Positions 25,601 to 39,250 of a DNA stretch of 64,000 nt are shown in pieces. The DNA is from Macrostomum hystrix (Eukaryota > Animalia > Platyhelminthes): the NCBI GenBank assembly GCA_950097015.1, contig CATNEN010000039.1, positions 10,850,001 through 10,914,000 of the forward strand, written 5' to 3'. A program made the position numbers and the translations under genes. The number at the start of each line of letters is the position of its first letter. Position 1 is the first letter of the stretch. A model generated the notes under the pieces. It saw nothing but the letters and a program-made list of their open reading frames with translations, ran no database searches and was not told where the DNA came from.

Positions 25601-26729
25601 CTCCCCAAGGCATTGCCGGCTCCCAAGAGATAGAAATGGGAGAACCGGGCCTCATCTCTCCGTACTAAACTCCACCTCTGATGACATTAGTAGCTTTGGG
25701 TGCGACGGAGTGAGAAGGTAGGACCTGCTAGGCAGGGCTGCCACCAGCCACCTACGGGACAGCACAACCAACTACCCCAGACAAAATGCAGGGGCTTCCG
25801 CTCTAAAAGAGAAAATGCTTTTGGCTCACCCCCATGGCCGAATTAGGGGCACATACGCGAGGTGTTCACAGGGAGTAGACGGTTCAGCAAGAGAGAGGAC
25901 TTATGCAATAGGGGGTTCTTGGAGATGCAGCTAAGAATGGTGGGCCCAGCCGAAGGTCGAGTTTGTGCAGTAGTGTGTCCAGATAGAGACTGCAGTCTAC
26001 ACGTACGTACTTATATTTAGGATTGGCATTTACTCCTACATGTAGTCACCATGCAGGCTTCCATATATAGTCTCGTCTGCAAAACCTAAGCCCTAAAAGT
26101 ACATTAGAGTACAGTATAGTATTATATTTGCATTGATTTAGAAACATACTGTATCAATTCATATTACATTCAATTTAAGTTCGCACGCACATATCGTCTG
26201 TCTATCGTCAATGGACTTTCGGTTCTGTGTTGCGGAATTATCCACTCTATAAGTACTCATGGCCTCATTCTTTGGCCCTGCAGCGGCACACTTATAGCTT
26301 ACTCCCTCTTCGCCATTCAAGGGGGCGCGACTACGTGGGGGGTGCCACTATAACAGGAAATTTTTGTCTTCCTGTTACCTTCTGCCACAGCAACAGAGAG
26401 ATAAACGCTCCACGGGCCAGAGGCCCGTTTCTGTGTGGACTCCGGAGTCACATGAAAAGCCGCAGCGAAGCTCTGCCTCTCGCTTCCAGTGTATTTAAAT
26501 TCAAGCAGCGCGCACAACAGAGGCAGAATGGGGAGAGAGGGAGAAACGCTGGGAGATTGCTAACACAGGGGCAGCTGTTTCTTTGTCCCACACGCACACG
26601 CTCCCCAGCGAACGCTCGCCGAACTTCTTCCTCACATTCCTGGGCCGTATCGATCCACGGACGCCTCGTCGTGTACGCGAATCATGTGAGCCATGCAAAT
26701 ACAATGTTCTGAAGCGTATTTGCAAGGCT

Positions 26730-27010
26730 TACAGCCACTACCACAGGGCGCCACTATTTACTACTATGTACCACGGGGCGCTATATACTATACTACCACG
26801 GGGCGCCGCTACCACAAGGCGCCACTACCACTGAACAGGGCGCCACTACCACGGGGCGCCACTACCACGGGTGCGCCACACTACGAGGGGCCGATTTAGG
26901 GGGTCATAGGTTTGTCAGCCGATTTAGGGGGTCATAGGTTTGTCAGCCGATTTAGGGGGGGGCGGCCCCCATGCCCCGTGCACGGATACGCACATGGATT
27001 CGCCACCTGA
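26730..27010. repeat. GC-rich MITE-like repeat (gcgccactaccacggg units, gccgatttaggggg triplication)
   Basis: The same gcgccactac units occur in reverse orientation at about 57560-57660. Confidence 0.6.
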
Positions 27011-27770
27011 TAGGGCCATTATGCCCGATATCGTTCGATATCGTCCACGGTATTCTGTTCTGGGTTCTGCCATCGATTTTGTAGTTCTATATCTAGTCAT
27101 AGCCAAGGACTATTCGGCAGTGATTGCTGGCGAAGACATCAACTTAAGGAACGCCAACTAGAGCGAGCACGATTGACGACTGACGAATCAAAGTTTTTTT
27201 GTTGATCTCGTGTTGTTGGCTCTTCGATTTAACCAACTTGGCCAACCTGGGTTTATTATGTTATTTGCCTTGAAGGACATACAAAAAGTGACAGCAACGG
27301 TCAAAATGCGAGCTAGTTTATCGGACGTGAAGCAGTCTTAAAAATGTCTTAAAAATTAACTTACGCTCGTACATTTGATTCAACAAATCATTTTAGTTCT
27401 AACAAGTCGGTAATTAAGATGCAGTTTAAATGTTTTGTATTGAACAATTCTGTACAACAATTAAGAAACAGAAAGAATAAATAAACAAACAAGTAAATAA
27501 TTAGGTACTTTAAAGCAGACAAATTGAGTAATACGCTTGTATATCATGCATTCTACCCTCTGTTTTTGTTCTATGCCGACTGAAAACATAGATAAAAAAG
27601 TACCAAATAATAGCAACATAATATCATTTCTTTCTTAATAAAAAGCCTGTCCTATATGCCCTTGATCATTATCAAACCAGTTGCATTAATCAAAACATCT
27701 GTAGTAATATAGAAGTTACCTTTCTATAAGTTCTATAGAAATTTATTGAATTAGTATGATTTTGTTAATC

Positions 27771-30678
27771 TCATTTCACTCCTTGGCACACTTCGTGGAC
27801 ACTGCCGTGCGTAGTACTTCGTCGTAGTACTACGGGCGGCAATTTCACTTCGTAGTAGCGACCGATTTGGACTCCACAGTAGGTGCCAAACTGTACTGTC
27901 AGCATGTGCCACAGCCGGTCTGGAATGAGCGGGTATATGCGAGAATTCCTTTGGTAAAGCTCCATTTATCATCAGTCATCATCAGTAGCATCAACTCATG
28001 AGCTCAAGCATTCTCTATTAGGACCACGACGAATTGAAGAACGTAAAACTACGTTTCTTGGAAAAAAATAAGGAGGCTCATGGTTTCGCCGAAAAATAAA
28101 CTGAGGAGATAAAAAAATCCACTTTCAGGAAAAGCTTCGGATTTTCTTTTCAATAAAAAACTTAAATCACTACTTTAAGGTGAAAATAATCTTATTTTCA
28201 CCTCCGTTGAGTATGTTTCAGAGAAAACCAGCCTTCTAAACCTTTTCTAAGAAATGTACACTAGCAGCTTCTCGCTCTAAAACTCCCAGTGGTCCTTGGG
28301 ATTATCTTATCACAATGTCCACCGATTCCGATTGCTCTTACTGTTCCCGCCGATGGAACGAATCTGAAGAAACTCCTTGAAGATGATGAAGCTGGATGTG
28401 TCGATAAGAAGAAAGAAGATGGTGCCCATCGAGACCATCATGTTCCAGGCGATCGCATAGCCAATCAGGCGCTTCTCGTTTTGCGGGCTCAAGTACCTGG
28501 TCTGAAAATGCGGGTGAAAAAAATTGTACACGCATTAATGGCGCACCGACTCTCGCTCCAATGTCCATAAGCTGGAATCCGCGGCGTGGCCACAATCAGA
28601 GGGAGAAGAGAAGGCTTGGGGACTTGTCGTGAAATTTACGTCTAGGGTAAAAGCCCCCAAGGCACAGTTAGGGTGCATGCACACTGCCTGAGGATCACAG
28701 AACCAGGGCAGATGCATACCCCAGTGTGAGTGTGTGCCGGTGTGTACTAAGGGGTCAGCCGAATGGGAAGAGTTGTCAACTCACTGTCTCGTGGTCAACT
28801 GTCGCTAGGAGCCTTTTTCTAATGTACATTTCTGATCTGTTTCAGTCCGCTACAAGCCAAATTTAAACTGTCACGGGCTACTCACAACGGTACTGCGCAG
28901 CTGCTTGTAATAGACGGCCACAGCTAGTCTTTCGGCCAGTAGCTGCAGAAAATTCAGTGTAACCCAAACGCACACACTGTAGCTATTGCTGTGGAATATG
29001 CAGATGAATGCAAACACCATGCTCAGAGCAAGGATTTGACGCAGAAGGCCATGCCGACTGCCACCTAGCGGTGTGTACAAGTGCGTCTGCAAGAAAGCGA
29101 ACAAGCCTCGATCAAAGACCCGCCACATGATGCTGTAGCTGTACACCGCACTGATGCAGTCGGGCCAGTGATACAGCTGGATGCCGTCAAGCTGAGCTAG
29201 AGCCGCTGGCCAGCCATAGTACTGCACATAAAGCAGCATGAAGTTCTGACCGTGTAAATACATGGCAAAGGACAAGTGTTTGTAAACAATCGGAACTTTG
29301 GAATTTAAGGTAAGCAGGTAGGAACCAACAGGTAGGTTGTGATGAATCAACTCGAGCACAAAATACCACAGGACCATTCTACATGCTCGCCATCCAACCA
29401 GCCTGGCCGTCTTGGCGTCAATCTTCACCCGATTGCCGCGCAATTCTAACCCCTTGCAAAACGTCTCATACGTAAGAATGGGTCCGCACCAGGTGTAAGG
29501 CATGTAGAACACGTAGTAAAGCGTTTTTGGCATGTTTTTTATTAGATAATCGAAGAAGCTGGGCTTGACTGCCTGCTGCTTGACTTCAGTGTGCATGACG
29601 CTGCAAACGGAGATGAGACGGCACAACAGGTAGCCGTAGATAGCAGAGAACGTGAAAATTGACCCATAGTCTATTTTCAACTGTCTTAAAACATCCATTG
29701 TGGCTGCTGTATTGTTCAAGCTTAACATAAAAAAGATTGCAAATAACCACGAGAAGACGGACGAGAAGTAAGCCAAGCAGAGATTGACGACGACTACAAG
29801 GAGTAGAGCCAGAGCTAATTCCATAGACACCGCCAGCGATAGCATTGCAATGGTATAGGCAGAGCACGCTAAGTAGTGGCTCTGCAGGTTTGAGGATGCG
29901 ACGCAATTGATCTCATAATTTGGAGAGATTTCTCGAGAATCATTTGATCTTAAAACTACAGAAAAAACTCACAGTCAAAGGCAGAGCAGCCAAGGAAGCC
30001 TTGCTGACAACCAGATAGCCCATCGAAGCCAGGATCAGCTGTTTCCAATTGTTGGTGGCCTTTTCAAACAGAGGCTCGACGATACCATCCTGCGTCAGTA
30101 TTTTTGTCGGTTGGATTTTGTTAATAGTTTTATACTCGTATATATATCAAGAATTGATGAACAAAAAACACTAGAAGAAATGCATCAACATAGAGCTCGA
30201 ACAATGTCGAGCGCTTACCTTGTACGTTCGGAGCCATCCAGGCAACAGATAATTAGTCTTTAAGTCTAAAAACTCGAAATTAAAGATTGGGATAGATAGA
30301 AACTAATACTAGAAACAAAGCAAACAACAATAATAATACTAAGACAGCAGGAGGAAATGACATATAGTTATCTGTTTTGAAATAGAAAACTATTTTAACC
30401 ATCGCCATAATCTGATTTCCGACACCAACCAATGAGCAGCAAAAAGCAGCCTCACATTTAGACATATCGCTTCCATAGGTTACATAAAATCCGTAGCCAG
30501 CATAGGTGATGATTGACACCATGGCGACCAGGTAAAATGCGATCTCCCATTTGGGTAGCTGAGGATTGTCGCTGACAAAGCCGCGCACAGATGACTTGGA
30601 CGAAGCTTCCGTCTTCATCATCGGGCACTTCGAAGTGTAGAATTTCTTGTTCGCAATGTCTCCATAATCCTTCTCCAT
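27771..30678 (-). CDS. HHAT: Hedgehog acyltransferase-like MBOAT; exons 30678-30456, 30265-30219, 30089-29973, 29881-28886, 28501-28342, 27919-27771
   Basis: LPKWEIAFYL N-terminus; YYVFYMP..CGPILTY; YVQYYGWP; MWRVFDRGL; YTPLGGS; catalytic His in FAFICIFH; RYLSPQ..RL; C-terminal TYCGVQIG. All junctions in frame. Confidence 0.88.
28545..28815 (+). mobile_element. SINE family A, old copy in HHAT intron
   Basis: gagaaggcttgggg.cttgtcgtg.aatttacg; ccaaggcacagt; gtcagccgaatggg. Confidence 0.65.
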
Positions 30679-30814
30679 CTTAGCCACCGTGATTTGATTT
30701 CGTCTTAAAACTGAAAGATTTTTTTTCTTTTTAAGAACTTTCAATTACACTTTTATACGATGAAACATTTAAGTAAATCAGAAGTGGCAATCGCACAGCT
30801 TTCGATGAACTTAA

Positions 30815-31273
30815 AACCATAGACAAAAGTAGCGGCTGCACAAACTTGTGCCTTCACGCCGCAGAAAACGAATTCACTAAAGCTTGGCTTGAACGAAAAA
30901 AAGTTAGTTAAACCCATAGACTACTATATAAAATCCGATTGCTTCTTTAATTGACATTTTATGGGCTTGTTCTGGCCACGAATCATTAGTCTATGGTCTA
31001 AAGAGCCATCGGATCGAATCATCGGATCTTGCGGGTGTTTCAGGGATTAGCGGAATGGGCGACTCCCGCCTCCCCGCTGCGTCCGTCGGACCGCCCTGCA
31101 GATAAGTCATGGTCTAAAGAGACTCAGATATAAAATTCGACTGCTTATTTTATTGACAGTTATTGGGCTCATTCTTTGTCAGGAACGCCTAGTTTATGGT
31201 TTAAAGTGCTATAATTCCAGGACCATCAAATCATTTGATGGTCCCGAAATGAAAGCAGTTTGAACCATGGACT
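30815..31273. repeat. cluster of CCATAGAC/GTCTATGG foldback units upstream of HHAT
   Basis: Unit about 30913-31003 has a diverged duplicate at about 31087-31202. Palindrome ggaccatcaaat-c-atttgatggtcc is flanked by inverted arms 31191-31273. Confidence 0.65.
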
Positions 31274-31641
31274 AAACAGAACTAAACAGTGCATTTAAAT
31301 GCAACAAAAATAACAGGAATTATATACTGTATAACGAAGCAACAAAAAGACAATTTTCTAGCCAAACTATAGACAATTGGTAGGATTATATAGGAAACAT
31401 ATTTAGTTTCTTTCAATAATAGGCAGTGCATTAAACGTTTCACATACTCACTTAAACTGAATTTCGATTTTAGCTCGATCAATGATGATAGACTTGACAC
31501 CGTGGTCAGTAATAAACTGTATTGTCGCTCAAGAGGAAAATAAGCAAAAAAGACAAAAATATGCAATTCGGATTTCAAATAAGATCACGGTAGTTTAATG
31601 TGCATTCCATGGTAAAACTACTTCTATGGTAAAACTACTCA

Positions 31642-32052
31642 CTACTTGAATATGATTTCAACTCTTGAATCAGCAATAACGATCGACTTCACCCGATGCC
31701 CAGTAGGATTGTCACTAGTCTCCTTAAAGCCGACAGGCTCGTGCGCAGCTCCGTTGCTTGTGCTGGCCTCTTGCACAGAGCTGCATTGCAGAGCGTCGGA
31801 CGCGATCCTTGCTACCTTGGCAGACGGGCCAATATACCGTTCAATCGCAGCAGAGCTGTGTCCAGTCACTTCACCAACCTCGGCTCTTGACAGTCCAGCG
31901 TCGCGCAGAGTTGTAGCACATGTCCTGCGCAGGGACTGGTTGCTGTATACACCGCCAGAAACCTCAGGTAGACCACCAGTAAGGCTGAGCACAACGGAAT
32001 CAAGAGTATGACGCCCGAGTGCTTGGTTCTGAAACCACTCGCCTCGAGACCA
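31642..32052 (-). pseudogene. Crypton-type (DUF3504-like) tyrosine recombinase C-terminal relic
   Basis: WFQNQALGRHTLDSVV...YSNQSLRRTCATTL..AG.....GEVTGHSS..IERY follows the YR box II pattern, with HxxR changed to QxxR. In-frame stop immediately upstream of 32052. Confidence 0.75.
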
Positions 32053-34266
32053 TTAAATGCAGCCTCGGACTTTCTAACCACAGAATGTGAATAAACGCCG
32101 TTTATTATATACATAAACCCATCCTAATGCACAGCAGCTAGTCAAAAGCTATCTAGTGACTAACTCGAATTTACAGTCAATTTCTAATGAAGTATACGGA
32201 TAGATTTTCTCAGAAAAAACCAGTAGGCTAAGCAACAGGTTAATTTTATGTATGATAAGTTGCTATTGTGCTACATGATAAATAAATGAAAATAAATAGA
32301 AGATCGATTATTTATAAATAAAGCTTTCTCAAATTCCGTGAAGCAACGTGTTTTGCAAGATTATAAAAATCTGCTTCCAATAAAAAGTTATCAATATTTT
32401 TATGTGAAAAACGTGAAAAGTGAGTATCTCGCTAGCGCATTTTGTTTCCGTGTGTAGCAGACCTCTCAGCTCTCTCTCTATTTTTTGGATTTGGGATTGG
32501 TGAGCTGAGTATTTGGGGGGATGGTAGCGTAAGTTATTAGTGTGAGAATAGGTATTTTCCACGCTGTTCGGGTTATACCTAAGGTAGCGCTAATGCCCGA
32601 GCGGCAAGACACTAGCTACTAACAATGGGAGAAGAATCGACTGCTGCTGGCACGAGGCCTTAGGTCACTGATCTGGGGCACACAGTCCGTGGGGCGTATC
32701 AGGATGGATCGAAGTTGCCTGGTGAACGTCCTTCGCACTCTCACTTACTTTCTTCTATGGGGTCCGGAATTAGTACAGTTTCATTAGGGGGATAAAGGCG
32801 GAGTTTTGGGACTTTAGGGGGGTATTTAGGGAACTTTAGGTGGACTTCAGATAGACTTCAGATGGATTTTTAGATGGGATTTTACGACTTTATTTTTGGG
32901 GTTTCAAAGGGATCATATAATAGGGTGGATTCGGGTAAAGAAGGCCGACGAGATATCTTTGGGAGAGGATTGGGAAGGCAAATGTATCTAATTGTTTTCT
33001 CCTATTAGGAAAAAAACTCAGGAACTCGGTTTATTTTAATATCGAAACTTGGAAAGAGGTAGGAAGTGGAATCGCTTATATTTCGTAGATCAAAACGTTG
33101 AGAACGTATAGAACGTAAAGCAGGTCCAACAGTGGTAACAGGGTTAACCAGTGTTAACGGGTAAAAATCGCATTATATTCTTCTCTGTATATATATACCA
33201 AAATTGGGGTGGGTGCATGTCCCGCTTGAGTGCGCATTCAACGAACAACGAGCGCTGCGTGAGGTTACGACAAATAGCTAGCGCGTGAGAAAAAGTGGCG
33301 GGAATTCAAAATGAAAAAGTGTCCTAATTGTTCACTGCCTCACGTGGAAATCTGCATTTAATAATTTTTCCAAGAAACGAAGTGTCCCGTCCTTCTTCCA
33401 GTGGTCCTCGATAATATTATGGACATCTATATATAGCATCTATATGCAGCTATATCGGTCTCATATTCTATATGCTGTATAAAAACCTAAGTTATTGAAG
33501 TCCATGATTAATATGAAAGAATGCGAACTCGTGACCTTGACTATTAGCTTAAATTCTATCTTTATATTTGCTGCATTGATGAAGTTTCCATGGAAAATAT
33601 TTTACATTTATTAATCAGCGATCATTTCCATAAAGTATATATGATCGAACTTTGAGGGTTTAAATCGTTTTAGAAATTTCTGGTTCGTTAACTATTTAGA
33701 TAGCCTCTATATTACAAATCCTAAACGAGATCGGACCGAACAGAAAGCCGGTGACACATATACCAACCATTGTTAGTTTATACCGCCCCAACCACTGTTG
33801 TTGGGTCTTTGTCGCCTTAGTGCTCTACCTGCAAATTATATTAGATGCGTCATAGAGGAGGCTCTTATCTGTAATGTAACTTATCAGCTAGATTGAATGA
33901 TAGAACAATACGCTGCTGCAGACAATGGATTCGCAATCATGAATATTGGACTGACACTATCCCAAAATTACTCGTATTCTCACTGCTTCCTATCGCAAGT
34001 ACTGTAGCAAATCATAGAATATGAGAATGGAGGACAGATCGATGGAGATTGTGCAATTTTACTGATTAGAAACGCGGCTACAAAGCGTGAACAAATCAAC
34101 TAATATAATGCAATTTTCCGGTTTTATTGACTTCGATGTCAGTGGCAGTTATTGCATTGTTTGGATCACAATATTGCCTATCAATTGCCTAGAGCGATTG
34201 CATCGAGAATAGTATAAGAATGCTGAACACACTCTAATTGAATGATGGTAGCTCGCAACATCCATC

Positions 34267-36622
34267 ATGCCAAACGTGACTAAGGTGACTGTTATGACGA
34301 TAGACGATGCGGAAAGCATTCAGGAAGATGATAACGTTATAGAAGGTGCAGTCGATGAATGCGGCTCCTTGGACAGCGAGCTATCGACACGCGTGGCAGC
34401 TCTAATTCGTAATGACCAGGTGGACAAACTAGCCGCAGAGCTCGAGATATCAGGGGCAATTCCTGCGGATCAGCGGCTATCGACTCGTCTAATCTTTCGC
34501 AAAGCTGCAGATGATGGTGAAGTGTGTACTGAATTCATGCGAATGCATCTCCTGGCCGTGCACTACTTAGCCCGACGCACTTTAGCCTATCTAGTCAAGA
34601 AGGGCCAAGAAAGTGGCTGTTGGAAAAACCTAGCCTCTGTGGACGACTCTGACAATAGCAACATTTTGCACTGCCTTGCTAAGACGCGATTCCTCCAAGA
34701 AGATCGCCAGCCGGAGCTATCACCCGCGGAGCTGGACAAGATTGATAAGTTTGAAGCTGAAGTGCTTGAAATGTTGGCACAAGTTGACGGACCAAGTTGC
34801 GGCTGTGGCGAAGGCACCTGGTGCGGCTTGCCACTTAATAACGAGTGAGTTGTAAATATTCGCTTTGTGGTTAGATGTCAAAAATGTATGATGGAACCGT
34901 AGCCGCTATTAGGTTATAAAAAAGGCAGCAATGAATGACAAGGTAATTACCTCCGAGCATAGTTATGCATAGTTAAATCCAAAAAGTAGCTAGGCCTATG
35001 GGGGTATAAAGTGCCATTCCAACGTCACGACTTACGCTCAAAAGAATGCATAACATCACACCATCCTGGTATTTTGCAGAAAGCCCAGCTCATTCATTCA
35101 CGCGCTCTGCTTGATGGAGAACAAAGCCGGCCTGCGTCCAATAGAGTTCGCCATGCAGATTGGCGCGTACAGCACGTTCCGAAAAATGGTCGAAATCGAT
35201 GGCTACCTTAAGATCGAAGAGAAAATTAGCGGCATCCGCCTGCACAAGAAGTACAATTTGAAGGAATATGACCTGATAGACGGGGCTAGAAAAAACAGAT
35301 GCCCCATGCTGATGCTCAATCAGGTGAGAATGTCGCAGATTCCAGCACTGCGAAGGTCCAACCTGCTCCAGCCGGGGCTCTTGGTAGACCAGTGGCTTAA
35401 CTTGCTGTGCTCACAGCTCAAGGGCGCGTACGTGCTAATGCACGTTATTTATGGCTTTCTGTTTTTTCAGACGACGCCACTGTCCCTTAACTTTTATATG
35501 ATAGTGACAATGACGCAGCACGCGTACGAGCTTGACAAAGGTTTCTACGAGTTCGCCGAGATGATCAGAAAGACCATATACTACATTCCAACCAGTTTTA
35601 ACAACACTCCTTCCGTTGTGGATGATGAAACTGAAGCGGCAGTCAGGAGCGCCTGCAACCCAGAAAATCTGCTTCAATATCTAAGGAACGGATCTCGAGG
35701 ACAGGAGCTGCTACAGACGTCGCCAATATTCTTCTACTCTGTTGATAGAGAAGGCGTAATAGGCAATATCAAGTTCAATCAATACTCGGTGGCAGTAATC
35801 CTCTGCGTTCAGCTAGCCGTTACGCTGCTAACAGTGATTAAGCTGCTTCGGGCGCGCCGATGGCCGATGTACCGCATCGACGGTCAGTTCAACACGGGGG
35901 GTGAGTACCTGGTGAAGAACAGCTTCCTGACTTGCTCCATGTGCGCAATGATGTTCTGTGGAGTACAACATCTCAGCGGCTCTTTACTGTTGATGCGCTC
36001 CCTCGACTGCACGGATGTTGTACTAGGCCGAACCAAGCAGTACAGCAACAACTGGGCCACCCATATGACAGAGGGCGCAGCCGTCATGTTTATGTTCTTC
36101 GCCATGCTCTCCTTCACCAGCGTCTACGAGTTGCACTTTGAACGGCTGGCCTTTCTAAGCATCTGCTTTCGGAAGATGTTCAGTCGCTTCTTAGCAGCCG
36201 TGCCCCTATTCTTAGTGTGGGCCTACTTTGTGTTCGGCACGTTGTTCTTTATGGTTGACTTCAACAAAGCCGAGTTTGACTCTCAGTTCTCAGTGTTCTA
36301 TTCTCCACTAAGGATATTTCTCAACACAGCCAGCCTGAACTCCAACCGGGTCTCCACCGCCATGCTGCACACCGTGTTCGTGCTCATCGTCACCATCAAC
36401 ATCCAGAATTTTCTCATCGCCTACGTCTCAAACGAGTACAACAGCATAGCCGTGAACTTTGACCTGGTGCACCGGCTCACCCAGTTCGATCACATGGCCT
36501 TCACCTGGCTGACTTGGGGCGACCTGCTGACACGTTTGCAGCAACTGCGCAACAGATTACTCAAGAGCAGAGGACAACAACAGGCCATTGTGCAGACTGT
36601 GGAAATAACATTTTCTGATTAA
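34267..36622 (+). CDS. Divergent TRPV-like channel (ankyrin-like N-terminus, six TM segments); exons 34267-34844, 35080-36622 (about 706 aa)
   Basis: Ankyrin-like DNSNILHCLA and ENKAGLRPIEFAMQIG; S4-S5 linker ICFRKMFSRFL; pore helix FYSPLRIFLN; S6 IQNFLIAYVSNEYNSI. Phase-2 intron joins in frame. Confidence 0.72.
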
Positions 36623-37558
36623 AGACAAAAACAATACCTTAAAAACTGATAATATTTAGTTAATAGTATTTTGGAGTCATAAAAAATTTAACCAAGAAGT
36701 GACTATCTTATAGGCATTCTAACCCGAGCGATAATTTACGCAAAACGCTACTTAGAGTAGAAATGAATGCTAGTGAAAAAAACTAACTTTTAAATTGAAT
36801 AATAACTGCAATAGGATTAATTTTATAGATAGGCAAAGTTAAACCGGAGAACCAAGCGCCTGATCAGCAATTTTATTGGCACTGAACAGCTAACAATAGT
36901 GACAGAATACATCATTATAGAAGAATTGCAGTAGTATAGCTTGTATAAAAACTAAATTGAATTGAAGCATAGGCTAAAAATGTTCTTTAAATAACAAGTT
37001 TAATGTTAGCTGATCTAGAAAAATTACATACAATATTAGAATGGAGTAACTTCAGCAAATATTATGTACAGATAAATTATTGCCGAGAAATTTTGATTGA
37101 AACCCGTTAAGTCAAATTCAAGTCGCAATGTCGATCGATAGTATTTTTACTTTTGACATTAAAATCTAATTTTGATATCAAATATATATAAGACAGTGTG
37201 GTACTAGTGGTGACCATTGGAAAAATACATAGACAACAAAAACACAGAACTTTTCAAGAAAAACCAGGATAGAGCAGAGTTATGTGTATGTTCTCTGATA
37301 CTAACAAGAGTGGACCAAATTGAAAGAGCAATAAATAACCTAACAATACTCTATAGGGCTTAATGATTAACATAAAGACTAAAAAAATGAGACTACAATG
37401 ACTAAAGTTTTCTAAATTGTTTCGAGAGGGTGGAATGACCGATCTAACAGACTTAGCAAGCTAAAAATGTAGGAAACAATAATATAGAAGGCCTTTTTGT
37501 TCGTTCAAAACACTCGAAAAATCAGTTCGAATTTGTGATTCCAGGCCGGAACAGAAAA

Positions 37559-39250
37559 TCACAGATCGCTGTGCCCCCCAGCGGCGGAGAATTCGAGCGC
37601 CACTCGCGCCAGTTCGGCGCCAAATTTGGCGCTATTCTGCACCCGGCCAGCCGACTTATCAAACTGAAACTCGTCCGGCTTCAGCTCGCGGCCACCGTTG
37701 CCAAACGCGTGGGCCTGGTGCGCCTCCAACCGGGCGCCAGTAAGGGCCAGCGAGAATGACTGGAAGAACAGATAGCTGGTGCCAGACTCGCGCTCCACAA
37801 CGCATCCGTAGGTGCCGACCTCGTGAATTTGAGTAATGAGCATGCGCCACTTCTGCATGGCATGGGATAGGTGGGTTGTTGCTATTCTTTCTTGGAAAGA
37901 ATCAAGATTAAAAAATTAGAAAATAATAATAAAATCTAACTCACTTCATTTGTTCCTCCTTGGCACACATAGGTGAATGTGCACTTAATGCCATCCTGAA
38001 ATAGTACAATGTTTGCACTTTCAGAAGTTAGTCACACTAGGGAAGAAACAAAAATCTGTTAAAATCTGTTATTATGATGATTCTGGTGAAGACCCTAGTG
38101 ACAAGGGCAACTAACACTACTCCATATAGTATAAACCTCCATGGTAAATACATATTGATTCAGTATTATTAAAATTAACAATACTATTGATACAATATAA
38201 TCAGCAAAAAAACGAAATGTTCACATGATAAAGTTTTGTGTTTTTGAGTGTTTTTGCCACTTGACACCCCAATTAGGATTGTTGAATATCTTAACAGTGC
38301 CAATGTTTTGTGCCAATGTTTTAGATTTCTTGGTGCCAAGCTAGATATTTTAGGAGATACAAAAAATAAAGGTTTTTAAGTACCACTTACATGGTCTTTC
38401 TACTGTTATTGTCAGTTTATTGGCAATTGATGCTTGCTTTACCACATTTTAGGTGAATTGAACAATGATTTATAGAAAAGAAAGGCACTTAAAAACTGAT
38501 AATTACCCCATAAACAAGTTTACTACAGTTTTCTATTAATAAGCCCCAATGACTTAAATTATTATTGTTTACCACTGTTCTAGCTATATTCTAGCGATTG
38601 ATTTCATTTTTACATATTACAAATATGGCTAGATATAACAAATTTAAGTGGTTAATGGCTGAAGCCTGAATGTATATACATATGAATATCTTTGTGTTTT
38701 GATTAATAAATATCATTTACAGGATCACCAAAAAGATATTTCCAAAAACGATGGATTCTTATTGTAGAAACATGTTTATCTGCTAGCTAACTAATTAGTA
38801 AAAAGTTAAATATAATGCATTAAAAAAGTTGATTAACATTAAGAAATGGAGGCTGTTTTATTTTTTATGAATCTTACTCTGTCTAATATTAATAATTCAT
38901 GATTTGCAAAGGCACTTAAGTGAAAAAAAGTGCATTGTGTGGAGAATGAAGATTGGGGTTCATAAATGTTTTTAGAGCAGGGCACTAAGCTAGGCCTAGC
39001 AAAATGGGATTTTATTTTACTCAGAGTCAGATAATTTTTTGCTATATTAGCTAGCCACTACAAATGATTCAGATCTGCATGTTTGAAGAAATTATTCACT
39101 TACACGTTCCATGCTAAAATCGTGCTGAACACCACCAGGCTTTACATCAAACATTTGTAGGTACGGTGATGGGGTTTCTCCATTTACTGCCGAAAGAAAA
39201 GTTACTGACACTACAAAGCAACAAAAAAATGCAGTCAAAAATGAAGTCAT
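37559..39250 (-). CDS. MYDGF: Myeloid-derived growth factor homologue; exons 39250-39104, 37995-37945, 37852-37559
   Basis: Signal peptide, FDVKPGGVQHDFS, CTFTYVCQGGTNE|KWRM, C..ER..GTSYLFF, F.AEL, C-terminal HSDL. Exons 1-2 are absent from the ORF track. Confidence 0.92.

Noticed and set aside
26227-26712. 161-aa ORF as a gene
   Set aside because: No recognisable motif, non-ATG start, and adjacent to MITE-like repeats.
32540-33440. Penelope-like or Helitron-like relic
   Set aside because: Only vague similarity (TATATATACCAAAATT start, short peptide-like stretch); no diagnostic motif or ends.
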